Shown: positions 7,761 to 16,687 of the stretch, one piece after another
Numbering within the stretch: the first letter of the stretch is position 1
Layout: each line of letters starts with the position of its first letter
Assembly (NCBI GenBank): GCA_026387835.1
Contig: JAPLKZ010000005.1
Coordinates: 90,001 to 122,000, forward strand
DNA length: 32,000 nucleotides
Direction of reading: 5' to 3'
Source: Candidatus Saganbacteria bacterium
GTDB lineage: Bacteria > Margulisbacteria > WOR-1 > JAKLHX01
Position numbers and translations under genes: made by a program
Notes under the pieces: model-generated
The model's database searches: none
The model's input: the letters and a program-made list of their open reading frames with translations, nothing else
Told to the model about the DNA's origin: nothing

Positions 7761-8980
7761 CGCCAAAAAGGATGATTGCATGCGTTATGGCTGCAGGCGG
7801 TGGTACCCGCCTGAAGGAAATAACCTCATCTGCCAACAGGCGCCCTCTGTCAAAGGTTATCGTTCCGGTAGGAGACAGGAGGGCCATAGATTATACTCTC
7901 GGAGCTTTGCTAAAGACGGATGTGAGGGAAACATGGATAAGCGTGCATTTTGACCCGCCGAGCATAATGGATTACGTGGTCAAAAGGTATAACAGGCATC
8001 TAGACATAACCTGGCATAATGAGAAAAAGCTTCTGGGATCGTTCGGATGCATCAAGAAGATATGCGGTCTGAGCGGGCTTGAAAGGACAGGGGCGATCGT
8101 GGTCCTCTACTCAGATATAATACACAATTTTGACCTGCAGCTGCTTCTCAATTCGCATTTCAGCTCCGGTGCGGATGTAACGATGGTCATGAACCCCGTC
8201 TATGACATGGAGAAGATCGAAAAATTCGGGACAGGAATGCTTGAAGGCATGGAGCCCCACGCAAACTTTAGCAGTACCGAGGATTATTTCCGTTATATCA
8301 GGGGTTTTGTGAAAAATCACCAGGGTACATGCCTGCCAGTCACGGCGTTCAAAGAGAAGTTGCCTTGGCCGGATGCCCTGAGCATAGTAAATGATTCCTC
8401 GATATATGTGATGTCAGCGGGAGTTGTGCTGGATTATTCATCGGAAGAACCCATGCCGGATATCAACTATCATTTTATCCCTTGGATGCTGGGTCAGAGG
8501 GGAAAATACCTTCTCAATGCATATATCCTGCCCGAAAGATATTACTGGACGGATATAGGCGACCCGATGTCTTTGTTCAAAGCGAATATGGCCGCTTTTC
8601 ATTTTACGTGGCCGGAGATACCAACATGCGGCGGAGTATGGACAAAATTTGGCAGTAACCTTATGTCCAGCGGTTCCTCGATCGATCCTTCAGCCGATGT
8701 CCAAGGCAGCATAATCGCAGACAATGTTAATATCGACAAAAACGCGACCGTGTTTGGAACGGTCATACATGAGGGAAACAATATCGGCAGGCATGCGAAG
8801 ATCACTGACTGCGTATTGTTTCCCGGATATCAGAAGGGACAGGGAGTAAATCATATAGGAGACTCCTCTCATCTTGACAGATGCATGTTCCTCGGCGGCA
8901 TACTTAAGAAAGCGAGCGCTCATCAAGACGAAGTCATCTATGAAAATAATCTCGGTAATATTTGCACAAGTATAATTTAG
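7757..8980 (+). CDS. ADP-glucose pyrophosphorylase-like sugar nucleotidyltransferase with C-terminal left-handed beta-helix-type region
   Basis: ACVMAAGGGTRLKEITSSANRRPLSKVIVPVGDRRAIDYTL; C-terminal hexapeptide-like repeats. The ORF track starts at 7700, but an ATGA overlap supports a start at 7757. Confidence 0.8.
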   Translation: MTPKRMIACVMAAGGGTRLKEITSSANRRPLSKVIVPVGDRRAIDYTLGALLKTDVRETWISVHFDPPSIMDYVVKRYNRHLDITWHNEKKLLGSFGCIKKICGLSGLERTGAIVVLYSDIIHNFDLQLLLNSHFSSGADVTMVMNPVYDMEKIEKFGTGMLEGMEPHANFSSTEDYFRYIRGFVKNHQGTCLPVTAFKEKLPWPDALSIVNDSSIYVMSAGVVLDYSSEEPMPDINYHFIPWMLGQRGKYLLNAYILPERYYWTDIGDPMSLFKANMAAFHFTWPEIPTCGGVWTKFGSNLMSSGSSIDPSADVQGSIIADNVNIDKNATVFGTVIHEGNNIGRHAKITDCVLFPGYQKGQGVNHIGDSSHLDRCMFLGGILKKASAHQDEVIYENNLGNICTSII

Positions 8981-9019
8981 AACAACTGACAGTATAAAAA
9001 TCCATTATCTAAAAAAACC

Positions 9020-9048
9020 TTGTCAACCGCACAAAAGGGGTATAGAAT
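9020..9048 (+). promoter_or_regulatory. Sigma70-like promoter TTGTCA-N17-TAGAAT
   Basis: TTGTCA 9020-9025 and TAGAAT 9043-9048, followed by SD GGAGGTGAG and ATG at 9071. Confidence 0.6.
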
Positions 9049-9070
9049 TGTCTCGATCGGAGGTGAGATC

Positions 9071-9268
9071 ATGCTCAACATGCTTAATGAAAGAGTGAAA
9101 AAACTGACGGTATGGGATATAGGACTGACAAAGATCGCCATTTTTTTCTTCACGATCATCATCGTAAAGCTGCTGCCGGTGCTTTTACAAATCAGGTACT
9201 CTGTCCTGATAATATTAGTTGTGATCTGCGGCGCAAGGCCGCTTTACAGGTTCCTGTCGGATAAATAA
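9071..9268 (+). CDS. Small membrane protein of unknown function
   Basis: Two hydrophobic stretches (IAIFFFTIIIVKLLPVLL, YSVLIILVVICGA). Strong SD before ATG 9071, and the promoter overlaps the annotated 9020 start. Confidence 0.7.
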   Translation: MLNMLNERVKKLTVWDIGLTKIAIFFFTIIIVKLLPVLLQIRYSVLIILVVICGARPLYRFLSDK

Positions 9269-9296
9269 CCGTAGCAGGCCGCTATCGTCCGGAAAT

Positions 9297-10499
9297 CTAC
9301 CGAGTAACGGAGAACGAATCCACGGTGTTCCCGTCCTTATCGATTATAGTAGCTTCCAAAGTGTCTCCCGTTATCTCAAACCGCCCGAAATGGAAAACAA
9401 AAGCGTCCTTTTGAATAATTGTCGGATCAAAAGTGCCAGCCGGTCCCCGGTCAGAATTAAGAGGAGCGCCACCGCCGCCAAGTGTCACATATTGTATTCC
9501 ATCCTTTAAACTGCGGCAGTAAGAGTGGATATGTGCCTGAAGGACCAGTTTTATATTCTTGCTTACCAAAAGCGGGTGCAGGTTCGTTTGTATGGTCGTG
9601 TTGTCATAGGCGTTACCAAATGCCGCCTCGTGGTACATTACGATCTTCCATGGTTTTGTCGAGGTTGTCAGGTCATTGGAAAGCCAGCTGTACTGGTCAG
9701 AGCCGACAGAATAGGATGTATAGTTATCGACGACCGCGACATGCAGCGGGCCGTAATCAAAAGAATAATAATAGTCTGAATAATAAGGATACTGCAGGTA
9801 CTGGTCAATAAAAGCGTTCGGATGCGTCGTGTCCAAATTTCCGCTGATATCATAGAACTCATGATTGCCGACCGTGCCCATTATAGGCATGTCGGCGAAA
9901 AGTGAAGCGATATTGGCGTAGCTATTGTTAAAATAACCGCTCGCCCAGTCGGCTTCGACCCTTCCCCTGTAAACATAATCTCCGCCGTGCAGAACGATAG
10001 TATGTCTGTTGGCTTCATCTTTGTTCATATCAGCCAGAAGAGCGGAGCTCACGGCGTCAAAATTAGCCGCGGTCCCGGTCTTTGGCTGGGAATCGCCGAA
10101 CCCGTAAAATACAATGCTGGTGGCAGAAGATGCCGGTGCCGCATAGAACGAGCCGGTTGCGCTTTTATCATCAGCCGTAATTTTGTAGCAGACTTTTGTT
10201 CCCGGAGTGAGGCCCGTTATAATGTAGCGGAAATCGTGCATGTCACTTGCTGAATAACTTTCAACAGTCACATCTGCGCTGCTGCCGTAGCTTATCGAAG
10301 ATCCCCATTCTATCTTTGAAGTCGCCGGCGTTATGTCCGTTTGCCACAGGACCTTCATCGTTGTATTATCGTTCAGGTAGATCATGTACGGTCCCTTTAA
10401 AAGCTGGGAAGCCGGGATCACTGCCTGTTTTCCGCAGGAGGAGAGGAAGATGAGAGATGCCATCAGGAAGACTAGAATTGCCTGTCTTTTAAGTTTCAT
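9297..10499 (-). CDS. Lipoprotein purple-acid-phosphatase-like metallophosphoesterase (N-terminal Fn3-like domain)
   Basis: ASLIFLSSCGK lipobox; VLWQTDITPATSKIEWG ... VCYKITADDKSATGSF; FYGFGDSQP, HGGDYVYRG, GNHEFYD, YHEAAF, QAHIHSY. Confidence 0.85.
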   Translation of the reverse strand: MKLKRQAILVFLMASLIFLSSCGKQAVIPASQLLKGPYMIYLNDNTTMKVLWQTDITPATSKIEWGSSISYGSSADVTVESYSASDMHDFRYIITGLTPGTKVCYKITADDKSATGSFYAAPASSATSIVFYGFGDSQPKTGTAANFDAVSSALLADMNKDEANRHTIVLHGGDYVYRGRVEADWASGYFNNSYANIASLFADMPIMGTVGNHEFYDISGNLDTTHPNAFIDQYLQYPYYSDYYYSFDYGPLHVAVVDNYTSYSVGSDQYSWLSNDLTTSTKPWKIVMYHEAAFGNAYDNTTIQTNLHPLLVSKNIKLVLQAHIHSYCRSLKDGIQYVTLGGGGAPLNSDRGPAGTFDPTIIQKDAFVFHFGRFEITGDTLEATIIDKDGNTVDSFSVTR

Positions 10500-10564
10500 T
10501 CTTGATCCTTTCTTTATATCCTTTCCGTGTTATTTAAAAAAATCATTAACTTGAAGTCCATATT

Positions 10565-11065
10565 TTAGAAATTCAGGCGGTTAAGGCCTTGATCCATGCC
10601 AAACTTAAAGAGCTGCTGAAAGACAGCGGAGTCGATCGTCCAGACAATTGCAAAAGAGCCGGTAAAAATGATCACTGACAGCCATCTGGTATAGATACCG
10701 TTAGTCCTGACAAAGAGGATGACGGCCAGTATTGCCATCAATGAGGGGAATATCACCTGAATATCTCCAAGCGGTACATTATAACCGGCAATATAGCGGC
10801 TGCTTGATCCGAGATATCTTGCCAGGTCAAATTTTAGATTAAAATAAACGCAGATCAATTCGGCGATGACCGCGCCTAACATTGCCCAGGATGCCCAGAT
10901 GGTTGATTTTCCTTCTGTCCGGTATGCCTCATAAATAATGGCCGGCAGCAGTGACATAATAATGATAATGGTATTATCTTTGATTAACCCGATAATAACT
11001 CCCAGCCCGGCAATTATCGAACAAATCGTGCAGATAACGGGCGCATATTTTACCGGCTTGGCCAT
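10565..11065 (-). CDS. Multi-pass membrane protein of unknown function
   Basis: 166 aa, five or so hydrophobic segments, intact ORF. Confidence 0.6.
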   Translation of the reverse strand: MAKPVKYAPVICTICSIIAGLGVIIGLIKDNTIIIIMSLLPAIIYEAYRTEGKSTIWASWAMLGAVIAELICVYFNLKFDLARYLGSSSRYIAGYNVPLGDIQVIFPSLMAILAVILFVRTNGIYTRWLSVIIFTGSFAIVWTIDSAVFQQLFKFGMDQGLNRLNF

Positions 11066-11144
11066 AACAAGCGGATTATAACATAAACGAAATCGACTAT
11101 AAAGACAACGAAGATGTTAAATTACTTGTCTGATACCGGCCCTA

Positions 11145-12359
11145 TTAAGGTTTTTTGCCTAGTATCGCAAGGACGTTCATCGCTTTTTCAGCGGTCGCTT
11201 CCGGGAACTCGTCGACAACATATGCACTTGCCAGCTCCCTCATTGCCAGACCGCCGCGCGGAATGACATCTATCACAAGCCTTCTTTTCGGGTCTGTGAC
11301 AGGACTCGGATGCGACAGGCAGTTGAAGGTCCTGACCTCGAAAGCGTTCAGGATCCTTATGGCGTCAAAGAAAGCTATACCCATTCCCCTGACCACATCG
11401 TCAGACGGCTTGGCACCGTGAAAATTGGATACTGGCGCGATTATCCTCATGTGGTGCTTGGACATCTGCGCCCAGGGCGCCACGAGATGGACATCACCTT
11501 CGTAGGACTTTATCGTAAGCCTTTTCTCGGCGAGAAGAGCTGTGTAATCCGCGTAAAAATCCCCGTCATATCCTTTAAGATAAGCTTCGATCGCGTTAAC
11601 GTTAGGTTCAAAAGCCCCGATCGGATCGGACATCATCTGGCTGTGAAAATGCTGCAGGGTGGCGAACGCGGAGGTCGTCTGCTCCCCGTTCTTTACCCTT
11701 CCGGTCCCGTAATTGATGCCCCAGAGCACGTTCTGGGTATTGGAAGCAAGGTCTAAACTAATCTGCCTTGCCCTTAAGAAAGCGAGCCTGATAAAATCAA
11801 TGGCGATCGCAGGCTCGTTCGTCATTTCGGAAAGGTTGTGGATGGGATCGGTGGATATGTGGACCTCATGTGACGGAGCGAATGGGAACGGGTTCGATGC
11901 CCAGCCCACCTTAAAACCGTCCGGTATCTCGCGCGGCTCTCCCCATTTTTTGAAATCACAGAAATGGCATCCTTTCGCGCGGAGCTCCTTTTGCAAAGGA
12001 GCGTTCGGATTTGCCGCCGCCGCGGCTGTTATCAGCGGCTCGGTCTCGCTTGTAAGTATCATGTGAAGCACTATCGGGCTTGTCGTCAGTTTTGCGACGG
12101 TAAGCCTTTGTTCAAATCCGGTCGCGCCGGGGTTACTGCGGATTATAGCAAGTGACTGATCAAAACCAAGCTGCCCGACCCTTTGAGAGGGTGCCGGCCT
12201 TCCGACCCTTTCCCTGTTTATTATTGAGGTGAACCTTCCTCCCAGTTCATCCTTCCTGTATTCAAATGCCGGATGCCTGAAATCCCTTTCGGCGGGAAGT
12301 TTGACAGCCCTAACCTGGGCTCCAGAATAAGTTTGACCGACAAATTTTAGTGATGTCAT
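11145..12359 (-). CDS. GalT/HIT-superfamily nucleotidyltransferase-like protein
   Basis: 404 aa; GCHFCDF, NPFPFAPSHEVHIS and TLQHFHSQMM (H-x-H-x-Q histidine-triad-type active site). Confidence 0.6.
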   Translation of the reverse strand: MTSLKFVGQTYSGAQVRAVKLPAERDFRHPAFEYRKDELGGRFTSIINRERVGRPAPSQRVGQLGFDQSLAIIRSNPGATGFEQRLTVAKLTTSPIVLHMILTSETEPLITAAAAANPNAPLQKELRAKGCHFCDFKKWGEPREIPDGFKVGWASNPFPFAPSHEVHISTDPIHNLSEMTNEPAIAIDFIRLAFLRARQISLDLASNTQNVLWGINYGTGRVKNGEQTTSAFATLQHFHSQMMSDPIGAFEPNVNAIEAYLKGYDGDFYADYTALLAEKRLTIKSYEGDVHLVAPWAQMSKHHMRIIAPVSNFHGAKPSDDVVRGMGIAFFDAIRILNAFEVRTFNCLSHPSPVTDPKRRLVIDVIPRGGLAMRELASAYVVDEFPEATAEKAMNVLAILGKKP

Positions 12360-12675
12360 TTGTATTTCTCCTTGAACCTTTATCGGATGGTATTTTTGAA
12401 AATTTCACTAAATTTACCGCAAACTTAATATTTCGTGAAACATGCGAACAGATCCGGCCGAACTGCAAAAGTGCGACTCAGGCACCGGCTGGCTGCAATA
12501 TGACAATACTGTATTGAAGGGGATCGATCTGGGCCTGACCGGTTTCACTTCCCAGGGCCTGTTCTTTAACGATCCCAGTCACGGAGGGGGATGCCTGTTG
12601 ACAGCCACTCCTTGTCAATGGGAGGCGAAAATTATTACAGCTGCCGGTTCAAAGTCGATTATGATTTTTGACGGT

Positions 12676-12936
12676 TTATTTGTAAATAGCCGATAAGAAC
12701 AGCGCGATGATCACCGACAAAAAACCCAGCATGCGGATGATATCAAAGACGGGGCCTGTCACTTTTTCCCGGCCGAAAATGCCGATAAGATGCGATACCG
12801 CGAAAAATGCGAACCCGATGGCTATATAGACCCCGATAATGTCCCTGTTCACCACATACGCCCAGGAGCCGAGTATTACTATCACGACACAGAAGATAAG
12901 ATTGATCAGAACTGTCTTTATATTATTGCCTTCCAT
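12676..12936 (-). CDS. Small membrane protein of unknown function
   Basis: 86 aa, three hydrophobic segments. Confidence 0.5.
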   Translation of the reverse strand: MEGNNIKTVLINLIFCVVIVILGSWAYVVNRDIIGVYIAIGFAFFAVSHLIGIFGREKVTGPVFDIIRMLGFLSVIIALFLSAIYK

Positions 12937-12979
12937 TTTTAATTATATTAGCAGAAATCATATTTGATGACAAATATTA

Positions 12980-13858
12980 CTAGGACTCCCTGTCCTCCGG
13001 TTCCTCGTGGATATGGACGCTGCAGCGGTCGATCTTGTGCTTTATCGTGCGCTCAAGCTTTTCGGATATATTGTGGGCCTGCTCGATGCTCATCTTCGGG
13101 TTCACATGAATATTTATCTCAACAAAAGTGTCCGGTCCGGCATTCCTTATCTTTATATCATGGTACGAATGGATCCCGTGCATTTTTTTGAGGATCTTCT
13201 CGACAGTCTCGATCGCGTCTTCAGGCGCCTTGTCGACCAGGACATCGATAGCTCTTCTGCCGATCCTGAAAGCGACCATCACTACCACCCCCGCCACAAA
13301 AAGCGCCGCGATTGAATCAGCGGCGAAAATACCGAGCTTTACGCAGACAAGCCCGAAAAGCACCACAAGGGAGCTCCATATATCCGTCGAGAAATGCAGG
13401 GCATCGGCTTCAAGCGCCTGGCTGTTGTATTTTTTTGCGGTGCGGGATAGTGCTTTAGATCTTGAATAATCTATCAGTATCGATGTTAGTATAACGGCAA
13501 AACTCCAGACAGTGACCTCGATATGGAACCTGCCTGTCAAAAGCCTGTGTGACGCCTCGTAAATTATCCAGCCGCAGGTGATAAGAAGCAGGACCGTCTC
13601 TATGAACGCGGACAGGTTCTCTATCTTGCCGTGGCCGTACTGATGGTCATGGTCAGCGGGCTTGTCCGATATCCGCACCGAGAAATAGGTGACGACGGCC
13701 GCGACAAGGTCAAGCCCGGAATGCAGGGCTTCGGAAATTATCCCGAGGCTTCCTGTCAGGAGACCAATGACAAGTTTTGAACTTGTCAAAAATACCGCGG
13801 CAAAAACAGAGAGCAGCGCGACGCTCTGTTTTTCTTTTGTATGTACGCCCGTGTTCAT
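12980..13858 (-). CDS. Cation diffusion facilitator (CDF) family transporter
   Basis: SLGIISEALHSGLDLVAA, DHDHQYGHGKIENLSA, ALEADALHFSTDIWSS, C-terminal cytoplasmic VEINIHVNPKMSIEQAHNI. Confidence 0.92.
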   Translation of the reverse strand: MNTGVHTKEKQSVALLSVFAAVFLTSSKLVIGLLTGSLGIISEALHSGLDLVAAVVTYFSVRISDKPADHDHQYGHGKIENLSAFIETVLLLITCGWIIYEASHRLLTGRFHIEVTVWSFAVILTSILIDYSRSKALSRTAKKYNSQALEADALHFSTDIWSSLVVLFGLVCVKLGIFAADSIAALFVAGVVVMVAFRIGRRAIDVLVDKAPEDAIETVEKILKKMHGIHSYHDIKIRNAGPDTFVEINIHVNPKMSIEQAHNISEKLERTIKHKIDRCSVHIHEEPEDRES

Positions 13859-13919
13859 ATATAAAATAGATTATATCATTTGTTTTGTCCCTGCAAAGCG
13901 TTCTCGCGGTACAAAAACG

Positions 13920-13948
13920 TTGCATAAAGGCAGTTTTAGTTATATAAT
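13920..13948 (+). promoter_or_regulatory. Promoter candidate TTGCAT-N17-TATAAT upstream of the TspO gene
   Basis: TATAAT at 13943-13948 with a 17-nt spacer; divergent from the CDF gene. Confidence 0.45.
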
Positions 13949-14022
13949 TTTCATTATTATTTCGAGATAAAACTTACGAGGAGAATAATAATAATTCGGA
14001 GGATTCTAAAAGAGAAAATATT

Positions 14023-14499
14023 ATGAAGTTAACGGATATTTTCAGGCTGATATTGTCGATTGCCGTATGTTTCCTGGCCGGAGCTATCGGATCGGTCTTT
14101 ACCTATCCGAATATGCCGACCTGGTACGCGAACCTGAACAAGCCGTTCTTTAACCCGCCAAACTGGATATTCGGGCCGGTATGGACCATTTTGTACATCA
14201 TGATGGGCATAGCGCTTTTCCTCGTATGGCAGAAGAGCATTGAAGACAAAGCGGCAAGGCCGCTTTTGCCGCTGTTCTTACTCCAGCTGGCGCTCAACAG
14301 TTTGTGGTCGATAATTTTCTTCGGGGAGCACCTTCTCTTATGGGCAAGCATCGAGATAATCATTTTATGGTGCGTGATACTTCTGTTCATCATCAGGTCC
14401 TACAGAATCTCCAAGCCCGCTTCATGGCTGATGGTCCCATATATATGCTGGGTGAGCTTTGCGGCCATCCTGACGATATCGCTAAAGCTGCTGAATTAG
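14023..14499 (+). CDS. tspO: TspO/MBR family tryptophan-rich sensory protein
   Basis: GAIGSVFTYPNMPTWYANLNKPFFNPPNWIFGPVWTILYIMMGIAL; WLMVPYICWVSFAAILTISLKLLN. Confidence 0.93.
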   Translation: MKLTDIFRLILSIAVCFLAGAIGSVFTYPNMPTWYANLNKPFFNPPNWIFGPVWTILYIMMGIALFLVWQKSIEDKAARPLLPLFLLQLALNSLWSIIFFGEHLLLWASIEIIILWCVILLFIIRSYRISKPASWLMVPYICWVSFAAILTISLKLLN

Positions 14500-14514
14500 A
14501 ATAGACGGTACTAA

Positions 14515-15297
14515 TTGAAGAACGCCATATATTATTTCACGGGTACCGGTAACTCCCTCGTTGTCGCGCGGGATATCGCCGAAAAACTGGGTGATACGCA
14601 GGTAATATCTATCCCTCACGCTCTAAAGACTGGCGATTTTCCCGAAGCGGAAAGGGTAGGGGTCGTCTTTCCGGTCTACATCTGGGGAATGCCTCTGATC
14701 GCCGCGAAGTTCCTGAAAAGGCTGCCGCTCAGGAAAGACGTTTATTTATTCGCTGTCGCGACATGCGGAGGATTTCCTGCCGCGACACTACTACAGGCTG
14801 AAAAGATAATTAAAGAAAAGGGATTTAAGCTTTCGTCCGGGTTCGGCATGCTTATGCCCGGCAATTACATTCCGATGTACGGCGCTAAACCTCCTCAGAA
14901 GCAGGCAAAACAGTTCAAGAAAGAAAAAGAAAAAGTCAAAAAGATAGCGGATATAGTTTCAGCTAAAAAAACGGCAAAGATCGAAAAGAATAATTTTATC
15001 GTCAATGCTTTATTCTCGGGACTTTTATATAAAGGCGCCGCAAAACAGATACACAAGATGGACAAGAACTTTTTTGCGGATGAAAAATGCAACAGCTGCG
15101 GGATATGCGAAAAGATATGCCCCGTAAATAACATCAAAATGATCAGCGGAAAACCTGTCTGGCAGGGCGGCTGCGAGCAGTGCCTGGCATGCCTGCAGTG
15201 GTGCCCTGAAGAAGCCATACAATTCGGAAAGTCTACATCAAAGAGGAAAAGATACCATCATCCCGATGTGGAACTGTCTGACATTATCAACAGGTAG
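14515..15297 (+). CDS. EFR1-type flavodoxin plus 2x[4Fe-4S] ferredoxin protein
   Basis: YYFTGTGNSLVVARDIA (flavodoxin FMN loop), CNSCGICEKICP and CEQCLACLQWCP. TTG start. Confidence 0.88.
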   Translation: MKNAIYYFTGTGNSLVVARDIAEKLGDTQVISIPHALKTGDFPEAERVGVVFPVYIWGMPLIAAKFLKRLPLRKDVYLFAVATCGGFPAATLLQAEKIIKEKGFKLSSGFGMLMPGNYIPMYGAKPPQKQAKQFKKEKEKVKKIADIVSAKKTAKIEKNNFIVNALFSGLLYKGAAKQIHKMDKNFFADEKCNSCGICEKICPVNNIKMISGKPVWQGGCEQCLACLQWCPEEAIQFGKSTSKRKRYHHPDVELSDIINR

Positions 15298-15350
15298 AGC
15301 ACCTGTATTCACCGGCAATATCTTTTTCTGCACGCCGGATAACAATCCGG

Positions 15351-15767
15351 TCATCTTCTCAGGCAGAAAGTATAACCGCATCCCGGGAGCAGTTTCGGTT
15401 CCTCAAAATAATCTACAAGCGGAAAGTTCCTGCAGATATTGGGCCGCCAGAAATAATTGCCGCATCTTCCGTCGGAAAGCTGATTCTTACACCTGAAGAC
15501 AAGGTCACCGACCTCATCATCGGTCCTGATGTACTCAAAATCGAAGATCCAGGATATCCACCTTACTGCGATCTCCCTGAAAAAAAAGCTTGAGTACTGC
15601 TGGCGCGTCATCTTTAAATAGATCTCCCTGCAGCATTGTCCGCATTTTTTGCATGATCCTTGAAGTTTGTATCTTGAGCCAAAAAGCCTTTTTAGTGAGG
15701 TCGTTATAAGATTGTCCAGAATAATAAAGCACATTATGAACCTTTTCAATAATCGCATACTATACAT
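15351..15767 (-). CDS. YkgJ-type cysteine cluster protein
   Basis: CKKCGQCCREIYLKM ... CKNQLSDGRCGNYFWRPNICRNFP. Confidence 0.8.
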   Translation of the reverse strand: MYSMRLLKRFIMCFIILDNLITTSLKRLFGSRYKLQGSCKKCGQCCREIYLKMTRQQYSSFFFREIAVRWISWIFDFEYIRTDDEVGDLVFRCKNQLSDGRCGNYFWRPNICRNFPLVDYFEEPKLLPGCGYTFCLRR

Positions 15768-15807
15768 TATATATTAATTGCGCCTATAATTAATTTGGGA
15801 GGGAAAA

Positions 15808-16089
15808 ATGAAAATAAACCATGTAACGGGAAAGAAAAAAGCGAAAGTGATGCTTTACGCGCTCAGCACCTGCATCTGGTGCAGAAAGACAAAGCAGCTG
15901 CTGAACGACCTGGGTATCGAGTATGATTATGCCGATGTGGACCTTCATGAGGGCAGCGACAAGACCGAGTTGACAAAACAGATCATAAAATGGAACCCTG
16001 ATCTGTCGTTCCCAACGATGGTCATAGATGATTCTTTCTGTATCAAGGGTTTTGATCCGGATGCTGTAAAGGAGAAACTCGGTTCATGA
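15808..16089 (+). CDS. Glutaredoxin/NrdH-like thioredoxin-fold protein
   Basis: VMLYALSTCIWCRKTKQLLNDLGIEYDYADVD, FPTMVIDD; strong SD gggaggg. Confidence 0.88.
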   Translation: MKINHVTGKKKAKVMLYALSTCIWCRKTKQLLNDLGIEYDYADVDLHEGSDKTELTKQIIKWNPDLSFPTMVIDDSFCIKGFDPDAVKEKLGS

Positions 16090-16583
16090 ATGATGATGAC
16101 AAGAAAATCGAAAGATTATTCGCCAAGTTACAAAAAGAACGCAAAGAGAGCGGATATTTTCTGAATCCTGACGAAGGTTTTACGAAGGACCTGCTCGCGG
16201 GCCTTATAAAGAACGAGGAAAGATACGGATATCAGTCCTGTCCGTGCAGGCTGGCAAGCGGTGACAGGCAAAGAGACCTTGATATTATCTGCCCGTGCGA
16301 TTACAGGGACCCCGATATAAACGAATATGGTGCCTGTTTCTGCGGTCTTTACGTGTCAAAAAAAGTGTTTGATGGGGAACAAAAACTAAGGTCTATTCCG
16401 GAAAGGAGAAAATACGTGAAAGAAACTGCAACTCAAAAAGAAAGCAAGCCGGTAAATATTTCAGGTCTTTCCTATCCTGTCTGGAGGTGCAAGGTCTGCG
16501 GTTATCTTTGCGCGAGGGATGAAGCCCCTGATATCTGCCCTGTATGTAAAGTGCCAAAAGAAAGATTTGAAAGATTTATTTGA
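16086..16583 (+). CDS. Ferredoxin-thioredoxin reductase catalytic domain fused to C-terminal rubredoxin
   Basis: SCPCRLASGDRQRDLDIICPCDYRDPDINEYGACFCGL plus WRCKVCGYLCARDEAPDICPVCKVPKERF. ATGA overlap with the upstream glutaredoxin. Confidence 0.87.
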   Translation: MNDDDKKIERLFAKLQKERKESGYFLNPDEGFTKDLLAGLIKNEERYGYQSCPCRLASGDRQRDLDIICPCDYRDPDINEYGACFCGLYVSKKVFDGEQKLRSIPERRKYVKETATQKESKPVNISGLSYPVWRCKVCGYLCARDEAPDICPVCKVPKERFERFI

Positions 16584-16687
16584 GAGCTTTGCACAATTAA
16601 AATAATAGATTAGTCATGATATAATTATTTCCGGTCATGAACTTCAGTCAAAGGTTCTAAACCTGCGACACCCAGACCCCGCTATAT

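Noticed and set aside
9020-9070. N-terminal extension MSTAQKGYRIVSIGGEI of the small membrane protein
   Set aside because: The region contains the TTGTCA-N17-TAGAAT promoter and a strong SD placed for the ATG at 9071.
11310-11756. 148-aa plus-strand ORF antisense to the GalT/HIT-like gene
   Set aside because: Shadow ORF; the opposite frame has recognisable catalytic motifs.
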